From IMG/VR virus record IMGVR_UViG_3300027977_000008, positions 96,001 to 160,000 of that record: a stretch of DNA of 64,000 nt; one strand, given 5' to 3'. The notes beneath the pieces were generated by a model. It was not told where the DNA came from. It saw nothing but the letters and a program-made list of their open reading frames with translations, and searched no databases. This document shows, one piece after another, positions 63,682 to 64,000 of this stretch. The stretch's first letter is position 1, and each line of letters starts with the position of its first letter. The DNA is from a virus. A program made the position numbers and the translations under genes.

Positions 63682-63934
63682 ATTCAACTTTGTGAAACCT
63701 GGTGTTTTTGATTTACCCGAAATCTTCCAATGGGGATTTGAGAAGGAAGATAGTATCGAAATTCAATCACACTGGACAATGGCAAATCTTGCTGTGGAAA
63801 TGGGTTTATTTCCATCACTTGGACAGGCAAAGAAGAATGGTTGGGGTGACCCAATACCAGAGGGTTTTACAGAAAAACGAAATCTTGGTAAAATGAAAAA
63901 AGCACTTTTTATTCACAATGGAGTTTTTGAATGA
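63668..63934 (+). CDS. Small protein with S4-like motif
   Basis: MANLAVEMGLFPSLGQAKKNGW. Confidence 0.55.
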   Translation: MVKLEFNFVKPGVFDLPEIFQWGFEKEDSIEIQSHWTMANLAVEMGLFPSLGQAKKNGWGDPIPEGFTEKRNLGKMKKALFIHNGVFE

Positions 63935-64000
63935 CGGAGAGGTCACAGGCACTTATGGATCAGATTTGGAACATTAGATACTCAAATCCTGATATGACAG

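Overview
AT-rich segment of a T4-like cyanomyovirus (Kyanoviridae-type, probably with a Synechococcus/Cyanobium host). From left to right it contains: (1) an ~11.4 kb tightly packed glycosyltransferase and tailoring island; (2) psbA with a PhotoRC-II-like leader, a free-standing EndoVII/HNH homing endonuclease and psbD; (3) paralogous late genes that share a copied promoter plus N-terminal leader; (4) a nitrogen-sensing locus with an NtcA-type box, a sigma70 promoter, tandem glnA-type glutamine aptamers holding a nested stop-interrupted ORF, and a DUF4278-type peptide; (5) the core block thyX-phoH-exonuclease-gp33-gp59-gp32, with two carbamoyltransferases and three radical SAM genes inserted in or just upstream of it; (6) baseplate genes (gp53, 48, 2, 4, 26, 51, 5), cp12 and two tRNAs (Ile-UAU, Leu-UAA); (7) a tail fibre cluster, then a reverse-strand KdsB-like/SIS/HAD mini-operon; (8) the peptidase-VWA plus MoxR/CobS-like ATPase pair and small early genes. 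All assignments come from motif recognition and synteny by eye; no database searches were run.
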